Below are positions 1 through 12,783 of a stretch of DNA of 64,000 bases, piece by piece. A program made the position numbers and the translations under genes. How positions within the stretch are numbered: position 1 is the stretch's first letter; the number at the start of each line of letters is the position of its first letter. Source of the stretch: Oikopleura dioica (Eukaryota; Animalia; Chordata); NCBI GenBank assembly GCA_907165135.1, contig OU015568.1, positions 1,674,001 through 1,738,000 of the forward strand. The letters are read 5' to 3'. Under the pieces are notes generated by a model. That model worked only from the letters and a program-made list of their open reading frames with translations, did no database searches and had not been told where the DNA came from.

Positions 1-1840
1 AAGTGAATTCTTCGTGGCCGAGGAATTCCGGAGATATCACAACGAAGTTCGCACTAGAAAAGCACAATCAGAAAATAATATTTTTCAAAGAAAATCGAGA
101 AGCGGATTGAGGCTTTGAGAAAAGAGCTCAAAGCCGCAGTCAGAGCGGCTTTTTCCCCTGTTTGACTCGAAACCGCAAGGGGCTCCTTGACTGAACCTGA
201 AATTACAGAAGAATACAAAAGATAAAATTGATAGACTTACACTTTCGTAACAGACTCGTAAATTCGACTGTAGTCCTTCACTTGATATCGGCAAAGCGGA
301 CATCCGAAGCGTCGAATGAAGAAGAAAACGGTCGGTTTTTCTGAAAAAAAAAAATTTCTCTAGAATCATAAAACCTTCTTTATTTACCTCCAATAAACGA
401 GCTCAGTTCAACCTTTTCTCTGTTCGCCAGGCGGGTGACGCTCAATTTAAGTAAATTTTGCAAAAAGCTCATTTTTTTCTCAAAATCGTGTTTTTTGGTC
501 GAAAAACTTGATTTCCGTCGTTTTTTATCGTTTCATTGCATCTCACTGACGTAACTTCTCGAGGTCAACAAAGGTCATACCTTCTATCGATCATTCTAGA
601 AAGAAAAAAGTTCAAAAAAATTATTTTTTGAGACGAAAGGAGAGCACCAGAAAAGGGAAAATTCTCAAGTCTGAGGTCAAGTCTGAAAGGAGCAATTTCT
701 TGGCCTCAGGATAGAGCCAATCAGTGAGCGCTGAAACAGAGTCGGAGGGAAAATTAAAAACGCGAAAAAGGAAGTTTTGGAGAAAATGACTTACAATTCC
801 GGAAAAGGAAGAAAGAGCAGAATTCCGAGGAAAAGACCAGCACAGTTTGGGAAAAGGGTTAATTTTAAAGAAACAATTATCTTTTATCATTTAGAACTAG
901 AGCACTAGAAATTGGTTTATGCACTGGAATCTCCTACAGTTGATAACTTATTTAGAATCAAGGAGTCTTTTCTGATAGGTCAAAAGAAATAGAGCTATTT
1001 CGACGGATCAGAAGCCGCCCTTCTGATTTATAAATGATGCCCAAGTGTAAAAATTCATAAAGATGACTTTTGGGTTGACTTCGAACAAATTTGTTAGACC
1101 CTTCTAACAGTATTCCACAGTCAAAAGTCAGAATCCACGAAGAAAAGATCGCTGAAGGCTTCGCGGCAAGTGACTCACAATTTTGTTGTTTTAGTGACCA
1201 TGCTTCCAATGCAAATGTACGCAGTTTGCTTCTCTCCTTTCCGCATTTACTTTTCTAATATTTACCTCCTTTTCGCTGTGTTTTTGACTATTTTTTGCAG
1301 GGGCTGAATTTGACGCAAAATGGAAGAGTCCCAGTGAGCGTGGAGAGATTGGAGAATGATCCCTGGCTTCAAGAAGAGCAAGTCCAGCCTGTTTTGAAAT
1401 ACAGCTCAGAACTAGAGGTAAGATGATCAGAAAATAATAAGGGCGGCTTCTCAATTGCTCAGAGAAGAATATAATATGAAGTCAGTTTGTTCTTGGGTAA
1501 CTCCTGATCGTTTATTGTTCAGGGTATCCTTCGCGAAAATCGCCAACGAATGCGCCACATCATCTCGCGAATTCCCCGCCCAAAAGTCGAAGTCCCTCCA
1601 AGTAATAAACTCTCAAGCCGACAATGCACCACCCTCGCAGTCTGGCAACCTCCACCTATCATTCCTCAAATGCCTGCGCCTGAATCACTTCTTCAAATCA
1701 GCACTCAAGAATCTTCGAATTATCAGACCAACAATTTTTCGTCAAGAGAAAGCAGCCCAGAAGCCTCATTTGAAGATCTTCACTTTGAAATCACCGAACG
1801 AGGGGACAATTTCTCCCCAGAAAGAATGGATACTGACTAA
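1..1840 (+). CDS. 3' part of an unidentified multi-exon gene, truncated by the window start
   Basis: Spliceable blocks: 1301-1417 (GLNLTQNGRVPVSVERLENDPWLQEEQVQPVLKYSSELE, flanked by ttgcag/gtaag) and a last exon from ~1534 (GILRENRQRMRHIISRIPRPKVEV...ERMDTD*). No recognisable domain. Confidence 0.35.
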
Positions 1841-2911
1841 ATATCTTTCAAAATGACTTTCCAAATCAAAAATGCGACTTTCTTCGTACCAAAATTCTGG
1901 TTTAACCATTAATCAACTAAATCTCCCTCCTTTTAGATAAAAAAATGACGAATGATATAACTGAAGACGTCCAAATCCAAGCCCTTCGATTCTACGACAA
2001 GATCCGCAATCTTGACACGAACCAGTACGACATTCTCAAGGGAGTAGCTCTTGGATATTGCCTCGGACGGGTATGTTGAAGTTCCTTCTTTTCTTGCAAT
2101 CCGAATTTCTAGTTCCGCGCTGTTCCTATCGTTCTCGGCGTGAGTGCTGGAGTCATGGCCGATTCTTGCTTCAAAATTCCGAACATCCGCCAAAGCGTTA
2201 ATGATCTGTTGAAAAAGGCCGAATGAACAGAAGATGTTCAAACTTTCCAACGCACTTTCCTTCTTCATTTTTTTTGTTTCCAAGCACCAAAACATGATTG
2301 ACATCAAGAACTTATAATATAATATATAAAATGAATTTTCACTTGATAAATCAGCTTCAAATTGACAGATTATTATATGATACAAAATAAAACTTCAAGT
2401 TGAATGCTTTGAAACCCGCCAGTAATGATGAAACTTGCTAGAAGAATAGATATTCTCACTTTTTTATTCAAATTTATATTGATAAAATGAATCCATTAGT
2501 TTTAAACGAGAGGTAGTAAATTCCCGGATAAATATCGGAAGCCGAAATCGTTATAAAATTCATCTCTTCTCATTTTCTGCTCCTTACTTTTCGCTTTATA
2601 AAATGAATATGCTCCAAACTTCAAATTAAATTTTCTTTCGCCGAGCGCAGAAATGAAGATTCTTATAAAATAAAATAAAATGGACAAAAAAAATTGTGTT
2701 ACTGTATTTATTTATCAGAAAAATAAAAAATGAAAACTAGAATAATGTAAGCTGTTACTGCGGCTAAACTTACTTTACCTTGATAAATTTAAAATGTCTT
2801 AAAATGAAATCAAAATTCCGCACAACAGCTTTAGGGCTCGTCGTTCTTAAATAAAAAGAATTGATTTCTTACTTGTTGAATTCTGTTAATTCAGTATGTT
2901 TGGGCTGTAAA

Positions 2912-3400
2912 ATGAATGGAGAAAATCGCAGCGATGATTTTCTCGAGAAATCGGGCGCCCTGTGCCACCAACTCCACGCGGTTCTGGAGCAGCAGCTCGA
3001 GCTCATCGCTTCTCGACAGAATCAGCTTCAATCCCTCAACGAAGAAATCTCGACTCTGGGCTTAGAAAGAGATCGACTCAAAGGAAAAAAGTTGCCTTTC
3101 TTCTTAAATTATTGAAGAGCGGGAAAAGCGAGCTGAAGATGAATTTTTGATCGGTTGTTTCTTTTTTGAGTTGAGAGTTTTTGGAAAACTCTTGGTTTTT
3201 TGAAGATTTCCAAAAAATCCATTTGGGTAACTTTTCTGAAAAGACGAAATCTTGAGCTTGAGAAAACTTGGCGAAGCGTTGAAAAACGAAGCGTTTCTCG
3301 CCACTGCCGAGGAAAGAAAGAGAGAAGACCCGACGCCGCAGAGCACGAAAACGAGCAGAGATGTGCGTCTCCGCAAGGCCAATTCCGTTTCTTTTGGGTA
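2912..3400 (+). CDS. putative coiled-coil protein (exons incompletely resolved)
   Basis: MNGENRSDDFLEKSGALCHQLHAVLEQQLELIASRQNQLQSLNEEISTLGLERDRLK has heptad periodicity; a second block reads LKRRNLELEKTWRSVEK. End uncertain. Confidence 0.35.
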
Positions 3401-4656
3401 CGTTCCGATCGTTCTTTGGGTAGCTGCGTTTTTCAGCCCAGTTTTGTAAGAAAAATAATTCTTAAAGATAAGCTTATCAGCTCATTTTAAGAGCATGGCT
3501 TCAGCAAATGATTCGGTTTGATATAAAATGGACTGTAACTCACAAGAACTGACAAGAATAACAATTTTGCCCGTTTAACAAGATAAAAAATCGAGAGCAA
3601 GCGGTTTCTCGATTATTTTTCTGATGCTTTTGATGTCAGATAGCAAGAAATTGACCTTTTACTGACAAGAATAAATGGGGCGGCATTAATATTTCTCAGA
3701 ATTCTTCAGAAAGCCTTTTTCGTGTTTCACAGAATTGATCCCTTTGAGAATAAAGCCCTTGTACTCAACGCGAGGCACATAAATTGAACATGTCATTTCT
3801 GGCTTATTTGCGAGTGCCAAGAGAATCGCAATGCCAAGTCAGGTCGTATTAGATTCATGTGACATTATTTACCGTTTATACTCGGATAACTGGCATCTCT
3901 GGGTCAGTACGGGTTTGAAAAGATCGATTGACTTTTCGCCATCTTCGGGGGCCTCGCCATAGTTTCTATCCTGTTCTTTGCGGCTTCCTTTAAAAAAACC
4001 GCATCATAATTTAAAGCTCTTTCTATACCCTGACTCAGGTTGTCGAGCTCAGTGTTGAGCAAAATAGCTTGAAGGGGCTTTTAATCTTTTGATATCATTT
4101 ATGTCGATTTTTTCTTAATTTTTCGATTCTTGATGAAGCTTTCTTCTTCGATTATTTTGCTGACAGTTTCAATTCAAAGAAAAAGGCAAAATTAATTTGT
4201 TGGCTGGTTTGGCCTGTCAGCCGCACAGCCGCTCCATGTCCAAGCAGCAAATTGCTTCAGATTGTGCCTCAGGGGAGTGTGCTTCTTTTGCGCTCTGACT
4301 ACCTAACACAGAAAGCATCATCCACTTTTCGCGAAATGCATTACGGCGCCAAATAATATGCCGCATCAGCATTATAGATATAAGAGGCTGAAATAAGAGG
4401 ATTTCGGAGGATTTTATGGGCATGATGGCCGTTTTTGGGAATATGTATGTATTTTAATTTATTTAATTTAAATTGAGGGCAATTTTGACGGAAAACTTTC
4501 AAGTCTTATTATCGTTATTATTTTCTTTTATTCATATAATTGAGACTGATTCAAATATAATAATCCTTGGCTGACTCTTATAAAAATAAATCATATTTAA
4601 AAAGAACAAAAGAGGCAGGAGCTCATAAAAACATAAAAACTTGATATTACTCAAAA

Positions 4657-7600
4657 ATGTCGAAAGATTCCGACGGTGTTATTACAAACCTGTCCGTCAT
4701 TTCCTCACTCGCTGAAAACAAAAATCAGAGCGACACTGAAACTAAATCCGAGGAAATGAGAAAAAAGAGAAGGGATCGCTTTTTCATCTTTTTGGATCTG
4801 CATGTGTCCCATTTCGCGCTCAAGTTTTTCAAGCTAAAAAAGTAACGCTTTTAGAAAAAATAGTTCCATAATCGAGAAATAATTCGAGTCTCTTGAAAGA
4901 AGAGCCGTGCGAAGCGCCGTTTTTTCCATCTGAACGATAAAAAAGCCGCGTATAGAATATTTGCCTCATTTTTACCAAGAAATTATAACACCTTGTTTTC
5001 TAACTTCCATCAAACAACTCGTTATCTAACCATATTTAGGCCTCGCTCAGCCGTAGACGAGCAACTGAGTGGCAGTGCTCTGAGGCACATGGACTCAGTT
5101 GACTTCAGTGCTGCTTCCTCAACGAACACTCAGGAAGAACTGGCGCAAAAGAAGCAGCGCATGAGCAGAGTTATCGACGACTCTGCTCGTCATCATTACA
5201 GGTACTTTATAAATATTAAGGAAGAAAACAGTCTGAAAAAAAGGCAAATCATGATGAAATCACAATTTTATAGCCACCATTGACGTTGCTTTAATTCGAC
5301 ATAATAAGTCTTTAATTTGCCCCGTTTCCCCAAACAGCGATCCTCGCGTCCTCAATTGAATTCTCTTCAATTCGAATTCCCCCTTTTTCAATGCCTGACT
5401 GAGTTCCCAGCTTCTCAGCCTAATTGAGCCGATGTTTCTCTTGAGCCTTTGCTCTTTACTTTCACTTTGCCAGATAAACTACAACAAAGTAAACTATCAC
5501 TTACATTTTTCTTCAGTATTTCGCCTGAGCTAGAGGCAAAAACTCAAGAAGCCATTCACAACAAATACGGTGGAAGAGAAAAGGTAATATTTTTTTTTGA
5601 TAAAGAGTGATTTTAAATTTATTTGATTAATTATTAAATGTACTTGATTAAATGGTTTCTTAGGCCGAAAACGCTGCAAAAGTGATTCAACAATTTTACC
5701 GCCAATACCGTCTCAAACAGTCCTTCAGGAAGCTGAGGTAAGTTTGTGGCCTTTTCTTCTTTTGCTTGACAAGGAAAAACATAAAATCGCTCTTTGATCG
5801 GGCCGACTTTTATAAGAAAGAGTAATTTCCCTTGCCCCTTTTTTCTTTCGTTTTCAATCAGGAAACGCTTCAATCAAGATTGACAAGAGGAATAATTACG
5901 GACGAGAAAGTGAGTGTTTCAAGGGGTTAAAATTGAGCGGTAAAGAAGTAGGAAAAGGGTTGGTATCTGATAGCTTTTTTCGGAAAGAAAAAATACGCCC
6001 GAGCGTAACCTAACCCAAAACGTCAGAATTCAACGCAACAATCTCGAAAGGGCGAATCTGAGAAAAAAGCTCGTAAAAGTCCAAGCTCTCTAACCCACTA
6101 GGCACCACTAGTTCATCTTCGTAATAATTTACAAGTAGCTGAACCTGCTCTCGCTTTTTTTTATTTCTCCATGTTTGCCAAGCGCTGAACAGTTACTGTA
6201 ACGAGGGGCAAATATGAGAAAATTTTTAAAGATGAAAAATTTTTGAAAGAGACGGTTTTCAATGCGAATAAGATGCTGTCGGAGGTGAAAATATTTTCAG
6301 TAAAAGGATTTAGATCTTTAGTAATAAAACTTTGTGCCTTCTCTTTTTGATTTTCTTCCAAAACTCTTGTTTTATTTTAGCCTTTTTGAAAAACCCAAAT
6401 CTGGGGTTACCCTTTACCCTCATTTCTGTTAATCCCTTTTATCGCCCGCACGAGTCTCGCTTATGAAAAAAGGGCTTGAAGGGAGAGTCCCATTCTGAAA
6501 CTGTCAATATCAATAATACTCTCAAACATCAGCCGTGTTATTTCCTACAGTGAGAAGCGAGCCAGTTGGGCAAATAGAAAATAGAACTCAGAATTTACTC
6601 GGAAATAATCAGAAATTCCATAGAGCGGCGAAAACAAGACGACTGACGTTGGACTCGCTCAATACAGAGCTAGAACAGGCCAGAAAAGAAAATCAAAAGG
6701 TAAGTTTGACATTGAGCTGTGTATAGACAGAATAGCAAATAAACAGTAAAAATTTTACATAATCAAAACGCAATTTGGTAAGACAGTATTAAAAAAAACC
6801 TTCTTTAGCAGCTTGAAAGTACACAGATTTCCACGTCTTCCTCCGAATCTTCGACAACGACGTCTTCACAAAAGTCGCCAAAGAGGAGTCCATCCTCTCC
6901 GCCGCCGAATGAGTCTGTTCGAGGATCAAAGTCAGACCTCGACCAAAGTCTCATGCCTCAAGACAAATCAGCCGAATCCAGGCTGAGTAGCATCTCGTTG
7001 GATCATCGCAGCGATGTCAGCTTACTCAAGCAAAGGTACAGTAAGCCTGCAAGTTTATATCATTAACTTTTAATCCAGAGAAAGCTACGCAGAATCAGAT
7101 GATTCGGACGAAGAAGAACCATCGACAAAAAGCCGTCATCCAAGTGAAGCCAAATCATTCGATTCCGACTCGTTAATCAGGAATCAGCGACTATCCTGGG
7201 TCTCCGGCTCCGTTGGAAGCAATACCGACTTGCTAAGAAAGCGAATGTACAGAATCGGGCTCAATTTGCTCAATAAAAAGCCCGAAAAGGTGAGTCTTTT
7301 CGCCGATCTCCTGACAAATATGCTTAATTAAAGGGGCTCGCATTTCTCATCAAGCAAGGATTTGTTGAAGACTCGCCGAATGTTATCTCGAATTTTCTCA
7401 TCACTAGAAAGGTACTAAAAACTATTATGAGCTCTCAATATGAGGGGCTGCGCGCCTGGGCCATCAATTTCAAAACTTAACCCTTTATTCAGGGAATTTC
7501 GAGGCAAGTTATCGGAGAATACCTTGGAAACGGCTCCGATCGATCAAAAAAGATCCTCAAGGCGCTGTGCAATCAAATGGACCTGGCCGACCTTGATGTT

Positions 7601-8979
7601 GACGAAGCTCTGAGGAAGTTTCAATCGTCAGTCAGAATACAGGGCGAAGCGCAACGAGTGGAGAGACTGGTGGAGGCGTTTTCCCAGCGATACGTTGAGT
7701 CGAATCCCGAGATTGTCAGAAAGCTGAATAATCCCGACTCGATCTTTGTCCTCGGTACAGAAATTCTTACATTTCTTGCAACTAAAGACATATTCTAGCG
7801 TTCGCGATTATTATGTTGAACACTGATGCTCACTCTCCCTCGATGCGAAAAGAAAAACGCATGTCTGAAGAAGATTTCGTCAACAATCTTCGAGGAATCG
7901 ACGGTGGCCAAGATCTCGATCAGAAGATGCTTCAAAACGTCTACAGAAGAGTCAAGAATAAGGAATTCAAATCTGTCGACGATCATATTAATCAGGTACG
8001 AGCAAGCGCTCTTCTTCTGAGTTTTATGCTTCCTTGAATTGAAGGTGTTGGTCATTGAACAACGAATAATTGGGAAGAAACCAACGCTTGCTCTTCCTTT
8101 CCGGCGGCTCGTTTGCTACTGTAGAATGTATCAAGTCACGGATGTGACGAGGCCGCAAAGGCCAGGACTTCATACACGAGAGGTCTTTTTGTTCAACGAT
8201 TTGTTGCTTGTTACAAAGGTAGATTGTACAACCGTAATGAATACAAGTCTCGATTTCTTCTTTTCAGGCCAAAAGAAGAAGCCAATATACCTACCGCCTT
8301 GATGCACCCTTGACTTCATTGGAAGTCGAATACTTCGGAAACGAGCACTATCCCCACGCAGTTCGTATTATCAAGGTCAGAGCCAATTCTAGGGCAACTA
8401 GATAAACAACCGCTTTCAGACTGGAAAAGTGCTCATAACGTTCTCACTGCCAAATCAAGATGATTGTAAAAACTTCATCCAAGACATTAGCGAGTCAATT
8501 CTTGAAGTTCGCCAAATGGAATCTCTCAGAATAGGTAAACCAGTGATCCCTTACTCGCATTTCTTAATTCTTGTGCTTTCAGAGGAATCACTGGAGTCGC
8601 TAGAAGAGCAGAAAGAAGCTCAAAAGTCTCCCCTGACAGCTTCGCGGAAGCTTTCCTCCTCCCTTCACAATATTTCAATTTCACGGGACATCGCGGGCTC
8701 CTCAAGTTCAACCGTTTCCACCGCCATCAGTGCTGCAGCTGATAAGTAAGGCCAATTTCCATACTACATTCTACGATTCTTCATTCAATAAATAAACATC
8801 TCAAAAACAGTTTCTCTGTACATTGTTTTGAATACGATTTTAGTTCGCAAGCGAACTCGAGGGCGCAAAAGGCAAGATCGTTGCAGTTGACATCACCAGA
8901 TAAGCCGAATTCTTTGATGATCGGCGACAGGAGTCTTGCTGCTCAAGGAAATGCTTTTGAATTTGTAGATATGGCTTGA
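4657..8979 (+). CDS. IQSEC: IQ motif and Sec7 domain Arf-GEF (IQSEC/BRAG family), multi-exon
   Basis: IQ motif KYGGREK|[24 protein letters not shown] (~5565-5737). Sec7: [72 protein letters not shown]-like [12 protein letters not shown]...[16 protein letters not shown]. Start and last exon approximate. Confidence 0.92.
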
Positions 8980-10012
8980 ATTTGGAAAATCAAGACGAAA
9001 ATCCACCAACTTAAACGGCAAAAATCGCCGGAAAAGCCCTAGAATTTTAGATTTAGTTTCAGAAATGGACGTTTTCTCCGAAAAGAACAATTTTTAGTCA
9101 TAAACTTCCGTTATCACACAATAATTAGGAGCAAATAGACCTGAAATCCCTCTTCCTCGGACTTTTTCCCGATAAACAAAGTTCTAAGCATGAAATAAAG
9201 GAGATAACCCGCAATCTCCGATGTCGATATTTTCAATCTTCTCAAAGAACGGCCGCAAGAATTCTCAAACCGCGATCGACAAAATCAAAGAAGTTCACTA
9301 AAACTCTAAAGATGTATTATCCCTTCTTTCCGAATTTCTGCAAATTTCACTATTTATTTAAAAATACGCCTTTGTTTCCTTACTGTATTTTCGTCTTTCC
9401 AAGTCTGTTCTTTTATTTTTTACTATTTTCAAAGTTCAAGGGCGATAATTTCTTTCCAGTTTCATCCCTTCAGTTTCAAACTTTGAGTTTACCTACCCTA
9501 CTCGCTCGCAATTGAATTTCTGTCCTTATTTACGTACTAAGCAAGGTATATCTACCTTACAGTAATAACTTACACCAGCGGGACAACAGACAAGTCAAAG
9601 TAAAAGCTCTCATTTCCATGCTAAACTTCGTTTCTTTTTACTTTTCGCAAATGATAATGGTAAATAATATTCTAAATGAAATAATAAACTTTCCTCCAGT
9701 TCTACCTTTATCAGTGTGTATTTTTATCACTTGGTGGGGCGACCGCCCGAGGCAAAAGTTTCACCACCCGCCTCGTGAGCAAAAAGCGTGGGCGCGAAGC
9801 GCTCGCTGCTCATAGGGCGAGCGCGGCGCTTGCCTTCGAAGGCTTTAAACTTGAGCTTGATAATCAGCTCATTCTGCATTTTCCACGAAAGCTGACATGT
9901 CAGATTTTTTAAGATTTCATCCTTGCCCCTTATCTCCTTGTAAGAGCTTCTCCCTTGGATACATCCCTAATCCTCCTGTTTAGAGAGTAATATCGTATAA
10001 CAACCTGCCAAG

Positions 10013-10464
10013 ATGGCGATGAATCCAGCGGCAAAATTCAAGATCAAACTTCCTCCAGAAGGTAAACAGTATCTCTTTCTCTATTAACCCTTAACCTTCC
10101 TTCATTAGTGAATCGAATTCTCTACGTTAGAAATCTGCCCTACAAGATTACGACTGAAGAACTGTACGATATCTTCGGCAAGTTTGGCGCTCTTAGGCAA
10201 GTTCGAATCGGTGTCACTGCCGAAACCAAGGGAACAGCATACGTCATCTACGAGGTAAGATGTCTCTTCCCCCAGGACCCATCTAATCTCTCTTCAGGAC
10301 ATTCATGATGCTAAGAACGCATGCGACCATCTGTCCGGCTTCAACGTTTGCAACCGATACCTGGTGGTTTTGTACTACAATCCAGCCCGAGCGTTCAAGA
10401 AGCTGGAGACAGAGAAGAAAGAAGCAGAACTGGCAGAGATCCGGAAAAGAATGGGCTTGCGTAG
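10013..10464 (+). CDS. SF3B6: splicing factor 3B subunit 6 (p14), RRM
   Basis: Three exons (10013-10061, 10109-10254, 10298-10464), GT-AG introns: [39 protein letters not shown]...[37 protein letters not shown]. Confidence 0.96.
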
Positions 10465-10668
10465 AACTTAAACCTGCCCCAACTCTGCTCACTTTAACAT
10501 CCTGCCCCTGTCTTCGAGACAAATCACCCCTCTGTCATAACTACCTAGAAATAGGTTGATCTCCAGTTACTGTATTTCTTTTATCTAACCACTTCTCTTT
10601 TCAGAAAAATTTGAGCTCGATCATTAGTCCTCCTGCAAGTGAATGACCGCCATCTCGAGCTACAGTAG

Positions 10669-11011
10669 CCATTAGCGTTGGTAGACGCGGGATATCGTCT
10701 ATCAGGGCTAATTCGAATGGTGAGTGAACACGAGGGGACTTTTGAACTGAGAAGACAAATGCGAGGAGATGTCCGATCATCGGTGTCGCTGCACTGCGAC
10801 ACTAATTACGACATTACGAAGGTAGGACAAGTCAAATTTAACATCGTATTTAATAACCTTTTTATAGATAATGTGGGACTCTCCTAGTTTGATTCAGTCC
10901 AAGTCCAAAGACTTGGATCTGATGATGCAGACGATATTTCGCGAGGAAATCGTGAAAACAAATGTTCTTGGACTGTGCATCAGTCTGCAAGTCAATTCTG
11001 TCGCAACATGA
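10669..11011 (+). CDS. small unidentified protein (at least 2 exons, start unresolved)
   Basis: Exon ...LVDAGYRLSGLIRMVSEHEGTFELRRQMRGDVRSSVSLHCDTNYDITK| joins in frame through a GT-AG intron to IMWDSPSLIQSKSKDLDLMMQTIFREEIVKTNVLGLCISLQVNSVAT*. Confidence 0.45.
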
Positions 11012-11306
11012 ATCTCACACCACCCACGGAGACATCTTGTCTGTCTTGATACTTATATTCTGAATTTCCACTTTCTATCTATTTAACAGTGAATAAAACC
11101 TTGTTTCAATTTTCAATTTGATTTACTGGTTGTTTCTTGGAGGAAAAGCAGTAGATATGTGTATGACAGTAGGTCCTAATTGTGTCTCAAGCGCCTCTAA
11201 TTTGTAACGCACGAAGCGGAAGTCGGTATCTTAACAAGAGAGGAAAGCAGAACTTGTAGTTTTACTCGTTCAATACTTGTTTGACGTGAATTCATTCAGA
11301 ACGACG

Positions 11307-12607
11307 ATGGCATCGGTGTGGTCTCCTCTTCCTCCCCACTGGGAGGAGGCCATAGGCCCGGTCGGATTCATCTTGAAGTGAGGATCAAGGAAGGTCTGAC
11401 GCCGACCCGTGAAAAGACCCTCGGACTGGCAAAAAATACTTCATCGACCACAAGCGGCAGACAACGACTTGGGTTGATCCCCGGACGACGTCAGTAGGAA
11501 CGACCCCTGTGAGAACTGCTCCAAAGGAACTGCCATATGGCTGGGAAATGGTACAAGACAAGGACTACGGCACGATCTTTATCAATCACATTGAGCGGAA
11601 AATACAAGCGGAGGATCCAAGTTAGGGTTCAAAATGAAATCGAGCAAAATTCATTCAAGACCAAGTTTATCCCGTTTCTGAACCCGATTAGGCTCTCCGA
11701 AGCCGATCAGAAGCAAAAAATGATCGATGCATTCATGAGCGCCAGTCGCGCAACTTCCAGCGAGCATCTTGCTCTTCAACGTATGCCATCTTACCTCTTA
11801 CTTTATTCCCGTATTTTCAGCACCGTCGCTGAACTCTCCTACAGACATCTCATCAGTAGACACAGAACTTCAAAGATCAATGCGGAACGTCATGAAGCTG
11901 AGAAGAGGTCTTAATCTGCCCGTATCGGGAGAGCAGAGTAGCAAAGAACAGCTCGAGCATATGATAAGAAGAATGGACAACGAAATTCAGTCTCTTTCGG
12001 AAGAAGTTGCGCGTTCAGGTAACTTTCTTTTCGAAGCAAAATTTTTCATTTTCCGTTGTAGAAAGAGAACAGTACCAGCATCGATCGCTCCTTGACGTCG
12101 CCGATAAGGAAAAAGAACTAGAACTGGCTTCCCGCCAATTTGCGAATCCTACAGCAGATCCTGCCGACGCAGCTGAAGCCAGTAGGAAATGTGAGCGACT
12201 TCGGAACGAGCTCAAACAAGCGAAGCTCTTCAACAACTCCAAAGTAGCGCAAAACATGTATGATGAGAAGCGGATAGAAGGCTTGGTCGAGCAAATTCGA
12301 CAAAAAGAAGAGTGCAAAAGGAGGCTTTTGTCTGTTTTAGGGAGGGTACTACCTTTTTTTCTCATGAGATTAGAGAAACTCGAGAGTACCTTGTAAAGAC
12401 GAGCCATCGATGCGAAACAGAAGGGCTCCTGCCAGATCTCAAACATTTTCCGAAGCCCGACAGCTTCCGCCAGACCGATTCGCAGACGCGCCGGCTAAGG
12501 GTGTCTCCCTGATCAATTTGAACTCAGAAGAGCGTATCGAACTCAACCCGCCGATCAACAGGCTGTCGACTCAGATTCCTCGTGCGAATCCAAGACATCA
12601 CCACTGA
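11307..12607 (+). CDS. N-terminal tandem WW domain, coiled-coil protein (KIBRA/MAGI-type WW pair)
   Basis: After removing a GC-AG intron (11356-11416): [33 protein letters not shown] and ELPYGWEMVQDKDYGTIFINHIERKIQAEDP, then coiled-coil exons. 3' exon frame uncertain. Confidence 0.78.
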
Positions 12608-12783
12608 AAACACTAGTGGCCATTTTTCATCCTTTTCAAAGCTTGAGATCATTCTCCTTTTTTATCCTTTTTATCTTTTACTCAATTTCTTTCCATCCAT
12701 CTGTTACAGTCATTTATTGATACACAGCCAAGCTTGTTTCCATCCCTTTTCTCAAGTCTTTTATTATTTAGAAATCTCTAATC

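Noticed and set aside
1933-2385. 150-aa minus-strand ORF
   Set aside because: The 3' half looks protein-like but I found no start, splice partner or domain to support a call.
3700-4430. Possible minus-strand exons
   Set aside because: Could not assemble a consistent frame.
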